DNA of 64,000 nucleotides, from the NCBI GenBank assembly GCA_965219995.1, contig CBDCOX010000002.1:4160001-4224000 (forward strand), written 5' to 3'. The notes below the pieces were generated by a model that saw nothing but the letters and a program-made list of their open reading frames with translations, was not told where the DNA came from and did not search any database. Positions 10,071-19,548 of the stretch are shown here, in pieces. This DNA is from Candidatus Latescibacterota bacterium (GTDB lineage: Bacteria; Latescibacterota; UBA2968; GCA-2709665). Each line of letters starts with the position of its first letter. The first letter of the stretch is position 1. The translations under genes and the position numbers were made by a program.

Positions 10071-10238
10071 TGGAATGGCGAACCACCAGCATTTGCCGAT
10101 CAGATTGGAAGAGCCAGGCAGGAGGTTCGTCAGACAAGCCCGCAAGTTGCCATAAAAATCCTCGACGCCGGGATAGGCCGCCTTCTCATTGTCGGGAAAC
10201 ATGATGTCGTTTACGAATCACTGAATCGCTCCAGGTAA
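10067..10238 (+). pseudogene. Frameshifted, internally deleted RelE/ParE/YafQ-like toxin remnant
   Basis: ATGA-coupled MMEWRTT, then a frameshift into AFADQIGRARQEVRQ...RLLIVGKHDVVYESL*, which resembles the RelE-superfamily C-terminal motif. Confidence 0.55.
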
Positions 10239-10419
10239 ACCCCACCCCGAGTTCAACGCTCCGTTGTTGGCAGACGCCCCCTGCGGGACTCCCGATCGTC
10301 GTCCCTGCACGACGGTTGTCCGCTCCGAGCCGATCCCCGATAGAACCCAGCCCCCAGCATTCTGCGAGCATCGCGTCTACGCTACACTGTGGGGCACGTA
10401 CCAACGCAATACTGCACAT

Positions 10420-10448
10420 TTGCACAGTTGCATGCAATGTGTTATATT
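10420..10448 (+). promoter_or_regulatory. Sigma70 promoter of the Ubl operon with overlapping palindromes
   Basis: TTGCAC-N17-TATATT with TGn extension; overlapped by CACATT...AATGTG and TTGCATGCAA palindromes. Confidence 0.55.
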
Positions 10449-10477
10449 AATGTGAGTGTACGTGGCGGGAGCGAAAT

Positions 10478-10729
10478 ATGTCGGAAAAGGAACACGACTA
10501 CATCAAGGAAGCGGCGAGCATGTCGATTCCGGCGACTGCGGTGGATCTGGCATCGAATCGGGCGATTGGTGAGCGCATCACCGAGTTGACACAAGTAATC
10601 GATCCCTATTCATCTGTTATGGACACGATCTTCCGCGCCGGGAGCATCACGCACGCCATTCGACAAATTGGTCATCTGGTTCTGACACCGGAAGGACAGT
10701 GTGTGTTGACCGTACGTGCAGGACACTAG
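10478..10729 (+). CDS. Hypothetical 83-aa protein leading the Ubl operon
   Basis: ORF with GGGAG RBS just after the predicted promoter; no motif recognised. Confidence 0.45.
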   Translation: MSEKEHDYIKEAASMSIPATAVDLASNRAIGERITELTQVIDPYSSVMDTIFRAGSITHAIRQIGHLVLTPEGQCVLTVRAGH

Positions 10730-10773
10730 AAGGCAAAACAGAAACGCAGTTAGAGATATAGGAGGAATTCAAC

Positions 10774-11067
10774 ATGGTGCAAGAACCTGGAAACGGCGAT
10801 GGACCCATCGGACCGACGGGGATCGTAAAGGAACTGACCATCTACATCAATGCTCGGTCGGCGCTGTGGGACAAACCGACCATTAGCTTTGCACAAGTTG
10901 TCGAACAGTGGAACAAAATCGATCCAGATCGACGCGTGATAGGTGATCTTCCGGGCATTGACTGGACGGCGAAGGACGGAACGAAGGGGATTTTCTATCC
11001 GTCCGATAACCCAATGGACGTGGTTGATGAACTGTCGTTCACGATTGACGACTCGTATCTCGCGTAG
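10774..11067 (+). CDS. Multiubiquitin-domain (ubiquitin-like beta-grasp) protein
   Basis: RBS AGGAGG; TIYINAR..W....ISFAQVV and M.V.D..SF.I pattern of the multiubiquitin family; immediately upstream of a ThiF gene. Confidence 0.72.
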   Translation: MVQEPGNGDGPIGPTGIVKELTIYINARSALWDKPTISFAQVVEQWNKIDPDRRVIGDLPGIDWTAKDGTKGIFYPSDNPMDVVDELSFTIDDSYLA

Positions 11068-11075
11068 GGAAGACT

Positions 11076-12212
11076 GTGTCAGAACATGAGTCACGGGCTC
11101 GTTATGAAGCGGAGCGGCGCGAATGGAAAATCGAGCGTCGAGACTTAGAAATAGGTGCATTGGGAGTACCATGTTTTGTCGCACCGAATGTCGCAGGCGA
11201 ATGTCACATCTGGGTAGGGACTGCATCTGACTCGGACCAACTCGAAGCGAACCATGAATGGCAGCAAGGCGCTTTGCACGCGGCCATAATCCGAGGTCTT
11301 TCCGACGGCAGATTGTACGACCGATCTGGCACGGAGTTGACAGATGGGGTAATTGGAAGATCCCCTTCCAGCCTCAGTCTATCGATCAAGCTGACAGGCC
11401 GCGACTATGAGGATGCATGGGAGGCATTAAACAATTACGTCAAGCAGATATACGCGCTGTTCCTTGGCGGATCCGCATCGAGCGGGGAAGCGGCTCCACG
11501 CCCATATACATTCGATGTGCCTGGTGACCATCTGCCGGAAGCAGTCGAGTGGAGGGCTCTGGTAGCTCAAGAGCGTGTGGCGATTGTCGGACTTGGCGGT
11601 GTCGGCGCATGGATAGCAGACTCGGTTGTCAAGGCGGATCCTCGTGAGGTTTATGGTTGGGACTACGACTGCATAGAGCCCAAAAACATACTTCGCATGC
11701 CAGGTGGACTCGATCCGAACGTCTGGATCGGTAGGCCAAAGACCGAGTGGTTCCAAGAGACCTACTCCATAATACACAAGAACGTACATGGCCATAATGT
11801 AAAGGTACTCGCCGAAAACGTCCAAGACGTCGTTGATAGAACCACTTTCGCCTTCGTAGCCGTGGACGATGCGGACGCCCGGATGATGGTATGCGACGCG
11901 CTGGCCAACGCCAGAATCCCGTTCGTCGTGGCAGGACTCTCATTATTGCGTATTGACAAGAGAGTCAAGGTTTCCATGCGGATAGTAACCGCCCATGTCG
12001 GTGTGTCCTCTTGGAGAGAGGCTATCCCTCAAGTTGGCCGGGCGGGACAGGACGACTACGGCAGCCTTGACTTGCCCGACGTCTACTCAATGGCTGCGGG
12101 TTGGGCGATTCAGTCGTGGCGAAAGATGCGCGGCCAATTCTGGCAGGAGAAAAGCGAAGAGTGCCTAGTCTATCGTGCTCGTGAGCAGTCTCTCATATTG
12201 AGAGAGGTCTAA
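11076..12212 (+). CDS. ThiF/E1-like adenylyltransferase with N-terminal DUF6791-like (E2-like) domain
   Basis: VAIVGLGGVG, D.D.IEPKNILR.PG, K.E, FVAVDD..AR and DDYG motifs; N-terminal LSIK...DY.D....L..Y resembles DUF6791. Confidence 0.85.
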   Translation: MSEHESRARYEAERREWKIERRDLEIGALGVPCFVAPNVAGECHIWVGTASDSDQLEANHEWQQGALHAAIIRGLSDGRLYDRSGTELTDGVIGRSPSSLSLSIKLTGRDYEDAWEALNNYVKQIYALFLGGSASSGEAAPRPYTFDVPGDHLPEAVEWRALVAQERVAIVGLGGVGAWIADSVVKADPREVYGWDYDCIEPKNILRMPGGLDPNVWIGRPKTEWFQETYSIIHKNVHGHNVKVLAENVQDVVDRTTFAFVAVDDADARMMVCDALANARIPFVVAGLSLLRIDKRVKVSMRIVTAHVGVSSWREAIPQVGRAGQDDYGSLDLPDVYSMAAGWAIQSWRKMRGQFWQEKSEECLVYRAREQSLILREV

Positions 12213-12288
12213 AGTGTTCTCTTGTAGATGGAGGAAGGCAGGAAAACGTGATTCTCATCCTAACTATGTTTTTAGGAACCGAGAGTCA

Positions 12289-12609
12289 ATGGTACTGAAG
12301 CCAGTGTTTGTTGAAACAATCCCGCAAATACCCGAAATGGAAGAGGGGACGCTTTACGTCAGCATGAGGTTCGCCGTCCTTTCCCACTTTTGTCCATGCG
12401 GGTGTGGTCGTCTAGTCGACGTGACGCTGGATCCTACGACTCGTAGTCTGACCTACGATGGCGAGTATCTGACTTTAGAACCTTCAATCGGGGTCAAGTT
12501 CCCGTGTAGAAGCCATTACTCGATTATTCGGAATGAGATCATCTGGTACCCGCCAATCTCGGAATCGCAAGTCAGTTGGTACAAACGTGTATGGGAGAGA
12601 TGGAGGTAG
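12289..12609 (+). CDS. DUF6527 family protein (putative Ubl peptidase)
   Basis: PVFVETIP..EEGTLYVS, HFCPCGCG and LEPSIG..PCRSHY.I..N.I.W motifs. Confidence 0.85.
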   Translation: MVLKPVFVETIPQIPEMEEGTLYVSMRFAVLSHFCPCGCGRLVDVTLDPTTRSLTYDGEYLTLEPSIGVKFPCRSHYSIIRNEIIWYPPISESQVSWYKRVWERWR

Positions 12610-12707
12610 CCAAGAGTCTCTCTCGCTCTCATTTTCCGCCTGTTATAGTCAGGACTCCGCTGCTCTCGCTTTGTGTCCACTTAGCACCTAAATCCGGTAG
12701 CAAACCT

Positions 12708-13772
12708 ATGTCTCTGAATGAAAACCTGCGAAAAGCCAGGCGGCAAAAGATCGACGAGTTCTACACACAGCTTTCCGACATCGAGAACGAGCTGCGCCAC
12801 TACGCCGGACTCTTCCAAGGCAAGGTCGTATACTGCAATTGCGACGATCCCCGTGTCTCCAACTTTTTCCACTTCTTCTCGTACAACTTCGAGCGCCTGG
12901 GACTGAAGCGACTCATTACCGCCTGCTACAAGAACCAGGAACGCGATCTGTTCAGCCGTCACGATTCGGAGCGGGCGATTTGGCTCGAATACCAGGGGAG
13001 CGCGAAGGGTGCCAGGGAGCCTGACGTTGGGGATATTGGAATTCGTGAGTTTGAAGGAGACGGGGATTTCCGCAGTGCGGAATGCATCGAGCTTCTGAAG
13101 CAAGCGGACATCGTAGTGACCAACCCGCCGTTTTCGCTGTTCCGCGAATACGTCGCCCAACTGGTGCAATACGGCAAGAAGTTCCTGATCATCGGGAGTC
13201 AAAACGCCATCACGTACAAGGAGGTTTTCCCTCTAATCAAGGACAATAAGATGTGGCTTGGTGTCACCCCGAAAGGCCAAGATATGCTATTCGACGTGCC
13301 AGAGGACTACGCGAAGGAACTGGTGGCGACCGCAAAGGAGGGGAGCGCATACAGAGTCGTCGACGGGGTTATCAAAGGTCGGTTGGGTAACGCGGCCTGG
13401 TTCACCAATCTAGACCATAAGAAGCGCCATGAGGAATTGATCCTCTACAAACGCTACTCGCCGGAGGAATACCCGGCCTACGACAATTACAATGCGATCA
13501 ACGTGGACAAGGTCGCGGAGATCCCTATGGATTGGGACGGAGCGATGGGGGTGCCGGTCACGTTTCTGAACAAGCACAATCCAGAGCAGTTTGAGATCAT
13601 CGGGCTAACGGCAAGCGCCGACCGCTACGGCCTGAAAACGAAAAAATACACCGTGGCAGATGCTCCAAACTATAGCTATCTGAATAGCCGAGAAGGGGGG
13701 GTCATGAGGATGGGAAGCCGATATACGAGCACCTATAGGCGCCTTCTGGTTAAGAAAGTCCCGCCGCAATGA
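12708..13772 (+). CDS. Adenine-specific DNA methyltransferase, EcoRI family
   Basis: DEFYTQ, YCNCDDP, GDFRS and VTNPPFSLFRE (motif IV), MGVPVTFL. Confidence 0.92.
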   Translation: MSLNENLRKARRQKIDEFYTQLSDIENELRHYAGLFQGKVVYCNCDDPRVSNFFHFFSYNFERLGLKRLITACYKNQERDLFSRHDSERAIWLEYQGSAKGAREPDVGDIGIREFEGDGDFRSAECIELLKQADIVVTNPPFSLFREYVAQLVQYGKKFLIIGSQNAITYKEVFPLIKDNKMWLGVTPKGQDMLFDVPEDYAKELVATAKEGSAYRVVDGVIKGRLGNAAWFTNLDHKKRHEELILYKRYSPEEYPAYDNYNAINVDKVAEIPMDWDGAMGVPVTFLNKHNPEQFEIIGLTASADRYGLKTKKYTVADAPNYSYLNSREGGVMRMGSRYTSTYRRLLVKKVPPQ

Positions 13773-14863
13773 AAATTGACCTGAACGAGATCACGATCCG
13801 CGACCTTGTGGAGGACTACCATGACGACGGCGAAGGCGGGGTGCGCGGCTATGGCGGCAAGCTCGACATCCGACCGTCGTTTCAGCGCGAGTTCGTCTAC
13901 AGGGACAAGCAGCGCGATGCGGTGATCGAGACGATCAATAAAGGCTTTCCACTCAATGTGATGTATTGGGCCGTGCGCCATGACGGAACGTATGAGGTCA
14001 TCGACGGCCAGCAGCGCACGATCTCTGCGGCGCAGTACGTGGAAGGCGACTACTCCCTTGACGGAAGGTATTTCCACAACCTGCAAGACGACGAGCGGGA
14101 GAAGATTCTCAATTACGAATTGCAGGTTTACGTCTGCGATGGAACCGATAGCGAAAAACTGGCTTGGTTCAGGATCATCAACATTGCAGGGGAGAAGCTG
14201 ACTGACCAGGAGTTGCGGAACGCGGTCTATGCCGGAACGTGGGTGTCCGACGCAAAGCGGCATTTCAGCCGGAAGGGGGCTGCCTGCCCAGCGTATGCGA
14301 TTGGTAGCCGGTATCTGAATGGCAGAGCGGAGCGCCAGGAGTACCTCGAAACAGCCATCCAATGGATCAAGGACGAGGGCCAGACAGTCGAGGACTACAT
14401 GGCCGCCCATCAGCCTGACAAGACCGCAACCGCCTTGTGGAGTCACTTTCAGGCGGTCATCAACCGTGTTAAAGCGGTCTTCCCGAAGTATCGCAAGTTC
14501 ATGAAGGGCGTGGATTGGGGAGGGCTTTACAGGCAACTCAAAGACGAAAGCCTGGATCCGGAAGCGCTTGAAATCGACGTTGCCCGCCTGATGATGGACG
14601 ACGATGTCACAAGGAAGGCGGGCATCTACCCGTATCTCCTCACCGGTGAGGAAAAGCATCTCAACATTCGCGCCTTCTCCAACGCCATGAAGCAGAGGGC
14701 GTTCGAAATGCAAAACGGCGTCTGCAAGTCATGCGGGGAGGCGTTTGAGATATCGGAAATGGAGGCCGACCACATCAAACCTTGGTCGGAGGGCGGCAAG
14801 ACTGACGAACAGAATTGCCAAATGCTTTGCAAGCCGTGCAATCGCAGAAAATCCAATAAATGA
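13769..14863 (+). CDS. DUF262 (ParB/GmrS-like) plus HNH restriction endonuclease
   Basis: FQREFVY, IDGQQR and F..IN motifs; C-terminal CxxC..EADHIKPW..GG.T...NCQMLCKPCN; ATGA-coupled to the MTase. Confidence 0.9.
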   Translation: MKIDLNEITIRDLVEDYHDDGEGGVRGYGGKLDIRPSFQREFVYRDKQRDAVIETINKGFPLNVMYWAVRHDGTYEVIDGQQRTISAAQYVEGDYSLDGRYFHNLQDDEREKILNYELQVYVCDGTDSEKLAWFRIINIAGEKLTDQELRNAVYAGTWVSDAKRHFSRKGAACPAYAIGSRYLNGRAERQEYLETAIQWIKDEGQTVEDYMAAHQPDKTATALWSHFQAVINRVKAVFPKYRKFMKGVDWGGLYRQLKDESLDPEALEIDVARLMMDDDVTRKAGIYPYLLTGEEKHLNIRAFSNAMKQRAFEMQNGVCKSCGEAFEISEMEADHIKPWSEGGKTDEQNCQMLCKPCNRRKSNK

Positions 14864-14948
14864 GCACATTCGGATGGGGCTTATATACTTAACTTGATAC
14901 GCCTATTGTGGACATCAAGGTACGCCTGAATAATACCGATCTGTACCA

Positions 14949-14983
14949 AATAAGGCCCCTCGTGGTGTGTGAGGGGCCTTATT
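14949..14983. terminator. Probable bidirectional terminator between convergent genes
   Basis: AATAAGGCCCCTC-N9-GAGGGGCCTTATT, a 13-bp stem. Confidence 0.6.
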
Positions 14984-15083
14984 CCGGCAGGTCTGGTCGC
15001 GTGGGGTCGCTTACATCTCTCAGGAAGATATCTCATAGCGAAGGGTAAACCATGCTGATCTGCCAAGATATCCGGTCTGTATG

Positions 15084-15587
15084 TCAGTGGATTCTTGCAC
15101 TAATTTTGAATCTCTTGACGACCTCTTTGGTGATTTTGCTGGCGAGGGAACCTTCTGTTCCGAGGCCTTTGAAAGCCCAATCGGTTTTGTAATTGCATGT
15201 CCAGATGATGCCACCAGATCTACTAACCAACTTGACGTCGATATTCATGTTTTTTCCGGTGAACCAGTTGCCGTATCTTCGGATAGAGCCTGTTATCACG
15301 GCGTCTGTCTTGGAGATATCGAATATTTCCTTGGGCGATGGGGTACTTTTCTTGGTGTAGATCTGTGCCGAATCGGAGACCTCGAAAATTCCTAGTTGGA
15401 GCAATGCAGTTACCGTTCTGTTCGAAAGCTCGTTACCCAATCCGGGTTTGTTGCTCTCGAAGGGGATGACGACGATTTCTCTGAGGTCTCGAAGATTTGT
15501 CCGTGGCTTTAGCCATACTGTTCCTTTTGCGCAGCTTGTGGCGAACAGGGCCAGCAGAGCGTATAGCAGGATTCTGGAGCTGTGCAA
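15084..15587 (-). CDS. Lipoprotein, CsgG/LpoB/DUF799-like fold
   Basis: Lipobox FATSC; IVVIPFE and DAVITGSI...VKLV...G.IIW patterns; RBS GGAGG. Confidence 0.65.
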   Translation of the reverse strand: MHSSRILLYALLALFATSCAKGTVWLKPRTNLRDLREIVVIPFESNKPGLGNELSNRTVTALLQLGIFEVSDSAQIYTKKSTPSPKEIFDISKTDAVITGSIRRYGNWFTGKNMNIDVKLVSRSGGIIWTCNYKTDWAFKGLGTEGSLASKITKEVVKRFKISARIH

Positions 15588-16126
15588 TTTGACCTCCTGT
15601 GTTATCCGAATCTGTCTGCATTGTGGGGAATCGTGTGGTGTAAATAGTAAATGTCCCGTGCTCCCGTCAAGGGGTTTGTCAGGCGAGCAGGTCGTTGAAT
15701 TCTACATAAGATCATATATGGACACTCCTCATAGTCTCAACAGCTTGGATTGTGTACCTCAAGCATGTAGCCCCTGAGCTTGACGAAGAGAGGCGAAACG
15801 CTGGCCTTTGGACGGACCGTATCGAGTGGCTCACCGTAAACGACGCATTGAGTCAGCATGTTTCGGCGGCCAGTTACAATCTATGCCCTTTAGGAATATA
15901 ATCTATGTCAACTATTCGCTTTTGTATTGAATAGGATTCGGATAGATTGAGACCGAATTTACTTTGGTAATACCCGTAACGTGAAGATTGCAACGCCTAC
16001 TCGAGGGGAACATGGTCAGGCGTGTTGGCAAGTTCAAAATACGGAATAGATGCAGCGCACCTGAAAAAGCAGTGAAAGAAACCCTGAAAGCCGTGCCGTG
16101 AGCCGCTCCCTGAGCATGCGGTGCCC

Positions 16127-16239
16127 TGAGCTTGTCGAAGGGTCGGCTAAAGGATGTGGAATGGCGCTGGAGATTGCAACATGAGCCCACGCCCGAAACG
16201 GTCGAAGTGAATCCCGCCGCGGGCATTTCGACAAGCTCA
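16127..16239. repeat. REP-like inverted pair TGAGCTTGTCGAA / TTCGACAAGCTCA
   Basis: Perfect 13-bp inverted repeat; a degenerate third copy near 15775. Confidence 0.6.
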
Positions 16240-16323
16240 ATGACCACGCATTGACGTGGTCAGCGGATGGGGACATGATCCCTGTTCCCATTCCAGGTTG
16301 TACCACATTCACAGCGTCGTGAG

Positions 16324-19300
16324 GTGCGTAGATTGACCCGTGAAGTGGAAATTGAACTGGACCGGAAAGACGTTTGGCCCGCGGGGCGCGAATCCACGTT
16401 GCTGGGCGAGCTTGTCCGGATGGAAATTGCGAAGCATATCTGGGACAGCCGCCAGAGTTCCAAGCTGACCGGCTTCGAGTACGCCAAGCGCCGGGGAACG
16501 CGCAACATGATGGATCCCGCGAGACCGCGTCTGGACCGGCCCCGGGGGCGAACGCGTGTCTTCGCGCGCTGGACAGACGAGCTATTGTGGGTCTCCGTCA
16601 AATGCGAAGGGCGCAGCGACGGTGAAGACCGCATCGTCGTGGCGATCGCCCGGGGCGCAGACAGTCTGCTCCAGTTTGAATGTCGTTCCGACGGATCACT
16701 GCGGTTGCCTGATGGAGCGGGAGGGCCGACGTTCGAAGTTGAGCAGAGCCGGAATGGATGGTCGGCGCGCCTGACGGTACCCTGGGCGATGCTCGGCGTA
16801 CGTCCACGGCCCGGGCTGCAACTTCCCGTTAACGTCGCGCGGTTCACGGAATGGACGGACGTGGCTCCGCCCGCGATGTTGCCCGACGGATTCCTGGTCA
16901 ACGGATTCACTCGCATCCGGCCGGGGCTGGAAGTGAGCACCATGAGCCGGGCGGTGAGGTGTCCAACCGTGGGGGACCCGCTTCGGGCCGACAGGCTGGG
17001 CCGCCTGGTGCTGAGCCCGCGGCTGAAAATCGAAAACTTGAGCCTGATCGACGGTGGCCTCACGAAGAAAGAACTCAGATTGGAAATGAACCCGTCGGGG
17101 GCCCCGTCTGAAACGCTCGACGTACGCGTCGCGCTTTGCGATCCGTACGGACGCGAGACGGTATTCGTGGACCGGTCCCTGGGTGAGGGCGAGATGAGGA
17201 TTGGACTGGATTATCTGTTCGGCGCGTTCAGGGGCTTTCTGTATCCATACCGCCTCGCGGTGCAGGTATCCGATCCGGAGACCGGCGCCATTCTGGCGGA
17301 GTCGCAATGCGAGTTCATGCCGCCCCGGCGAGTCCGCCTGGACCCGCTGAGACTGGGCAACGATCAGCGCGGCCGTGGCCGATTCCGGATGGCCGGGGAA
17401 GGCCTGGCAGGTACAGAGTGGCAGGCGACGCTGGTGAACGACGCTGGCGAGGCGCTGGACAGGGGCAGCGTTCTGGCCGAATCGAACGAGGCGACGTTTG
17501 ACGTGGCCATTGGCGAAGTGCCCAGAGGGCGGTACAGGCTGCGGCTGACCCCGATGGGGTCGAACCCGGACTTCCACCTGGAATGCCCCTGTAACGTGAT
17601 GGGTGCGAGGCCCAATCCCCTCGTGCTGCTGGGCCCGGAGGACATCGCCCGTCTGCGAAATCAGGTGAAACAAGGGGGCCTGAAACCCCATTATGAGACG
17701 ATGAAAGCCGGCGTTGACGAGATACTTGAACGGGGTACCATCCTGGAGCGCAGCCTCACGTTCGAGGGGACCGAGATCCGCGAGGTCTCGATCGACGCCC
17801 TGCTCGCCGGAGACGACCTGCTGATGCAGGGTCACCCTGAGGATACGCTGTTTCAGCGGGACCCCCACCAGCTGATGGCCTCGGCGCTCGTGTATCTGAT
17901 CGAACGGGACGACCGGTACGGCCTGCTTGCGGAAAAAATGGTGCGGGTGCTTGTCGACCACGTTCTCTGGGGAGACCCGAGGGTATACGGGGCGGACGCG
18001 GACCTGATGTGGAAGGCGATGTACTGTGCATTGGCAATGGACTGGCTGGGTGACCTCATCGCACCGGATGCGCGCGTGGCGCTCACGGATCGCCTGGTCG
18101 AGAACGGGTTGCTCGTGTACCTTTGGGCGATGGAGAACGATCAGGCCTACTGGAAGGGACGGATCGCGAATCTAACGCCGATATCGGATAGTGTGGCATC
18201 GGCGCTGGCTCTTTGCCTTCGGGACGAAACGGTGGACGGGGACGCGGTGCTTCGAATCGCCAGAGAGGATATCGGAACGCCGGTACGCGCGTTTCCGCCG
18301 GACGGCTCGTGGCCCGAATCCGTCAACTACTGGGCGGTCTTCCTGCGAGGGATCATCCTGCACGGCGCGGCGTTGGAGTCCGTAACAGGTACCGACGACG
18401 GGGTATTCTCGCTGCCAGGCATGAAGGATACCGGGTATTTTCCGATATATTTCACGCCCAGGGGCGTGCCGGCGGGGTTCAACGACGGGATGAATAGCGG
18501 GGCGGCCCCCTTCCTCCACCTGCTGGCGCGACGGTTTGACGAGCCTCTGTTTTCCCTGTATGCCGACGTTTACGGCGGGGAAGGCGAAAACAGACGGTCC
18601 GACTGGTATACGGTCATGTGGCGTTCTCACGATATCCCCTATCAGCCCCCCGCTCCGTGCACTGAGGCGGGCGACAGGCCGGCGCCCCCGGCGTTGGGAT
18701 CGAGGATGACGGGGTTGAAGCGGCTTCAGGTGTACGAGGAGATCCGGTGGGCGGCGCTCTCGTCGGATTGGCCCGATCCGGAACTGTACGTGTCGTTCAA
18801 GAGCGGATACGCCGCGCCCGGTTTCGGCCATACGAGCAGGGACCTGAACGCCATCCAGGTGGTGGCCGGAGGAGAACCGCTGATCCGCCGCAGCCATGAC
18901 TACAGTACGCCGCCGGAGGGATACAGCACCACGCTGATTGACGGCAAGCCGCAGGGTCCCGGAACGGGGACGTTTCTTTATTGGGACGAGGCTGTCAGGC
19001 ACCTCGCGATTGCGGCGGAAGCGGACGGGTCGTTCGGCGAGGAAATCCGAAGGGTCCGGCGCCACATTGTCATGGTGGACGGCCGATACCTGGTTGTGCT
19101 GGACGAAGTGAGGAGTGACAGGCCGGTCCGGGTGACGTTCATGGCGCATACGGCTGGTGAGATCCTCATCGCGGGCCGGGGTTGCGAAATCAGGGGAAAG
19201 AAGACGCGGCTGTCTCTGACGTTCGCGAGATCGGATGTGGCGCCGGGCCGCGTCGCGTCGCCGGAGTGCGTGATGACGCAACTCACCGACGTGGCGCTGC

Positions 19301-19491
19301 ACGCGACCACCGAAGCGGGCCGAAATGTCGAACTGATAACCCTGATCTGGCCTGAAACCCATGATGCGGGGGCGCCCGCTTGCAAATGGGACGGCGAACG
19401 GCTGGTCGTCCATCGACCGGACGGCGTAAGGGACGATCTGGTATTCGAACGGAAGGATTCCGATTTGCAATTTCTGCGCATCGACGCATAA
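16324..19491 (+). CDS. Heparinase II/III-like (alginate-lyase-type) multidomain protein with N-terminal CBM9-like region
   Basis: DGSWPESVNYW, GFNDG, FKSG...GH...D.N.I and RRHIVMVDGRYLVVLDEV motifs; start position uncertain. Confidence 0.7.
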   Translation: MRRLTREVEIELDRKDVWPAGRESTLLGELVRMEIAKHIWDSRQSSKLTGFEYAKRRGTRNMMDPARPRLDRPRGRTRVFARWTDELLWVSVKCEGRSDGEDRIVVAIARGADSLLQFECRSDGSLRLPDGAGGPTFEVEQSRNGWSARLTVPWAMLGVRPRPGLQLPVNVARFTEWTDVAPPAMLPDGFLVNGFTRIRPGLEVSTMSRAVRCPTVGDPLRADRLGRLVLSPRLKIENLSLIDGGLTKKELRLEMNPSGAPSETLDVRVALCDPYGRETVFVDRSLGEGEMRIGLDYLFGAFRGFLYPYRLAVQVSDPETGAILAESQCEFMPPRRVRLDPLRLGNDQRGRGRFRMAGEGLAGTEWQATLVNDAGEALDRGSVLAESNEATFDVAIGEVPRGRYRLRLTPMGSNPDFHLECPCNVMGARPNPLVLLGPEDIARLRNQVKQGGLKPHYETMKAGVDEILERGTILERSLTFEGTEIREVSIDALLAGDDLLMQGHPEDTLFQRDPHQLMASALVYLIERDDRYGLLAEKMVRVLVDHVLWGDPRVYGADADLMWKAMYCALAMDWLGDLIAPDARVALTDRLVENGLLVYLWAMENDQAYWKGRIANLTPISDSVASALALCLRDETVDGDAVLRIAREDIGTPVRAFPPDGSWPESVNYWAVFLRGIILHGAALESVTGTDDGVFSLPGMKDTGYFPIYFTPRGVPAGFNDGMNSGAAPFLHLLARRFDEPLFSLYADVYGGEGENRRSDWYTVMWRSHDIPYQPPAPCTEAGDRPAPPALGSRMTGLKRLQVYEEIRWAALSSDWPDPELYVSFKSGYAAPGFGHTSRDLNAIQVVAGGEPLIRRSHDYSTPPEGYSTTLIDGKPQGPGTGTFLYWDEAVRHLAIAAEADGSFGEEIRRVRRHIVMVDGRYLVVLDEVRSDRPVRVTFMAHTAGEILIAGRGCEIRGKKTRLSLTFARSDVAPGRVASPECVMTQLTDVALHATTEAGRNVELITLIWPETHDAGAPACKWDGERLVVHRPDGVRDDLVFERKDSDLQFLRIDA

Positions 19492-19548
19492 ACGTCCCGT
19501 GGCGCGTCTCGCGCCTATTGGATCCACAAGTGACGGAAAGGACGACAA

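Noticed and set aside
12576-12707. N-terminal extension of the MTase ORF given in the ORF track
   Set aside because: It overlaps DUF6527; the family-typical start is MSLNENL at 12708.
13695-13701. G7 tract near the MTase 3' end as a phase-variation switch
   Set aside because: Too short, in frame, and there is no evidence of length variation.
15912-16247. 111-aa ORF ending in SIYPNP (T9SS-sorting-like motif)
   Set aside because: The ORF runs through REP-like repeats and lacks the rest of the domain; probably chance.
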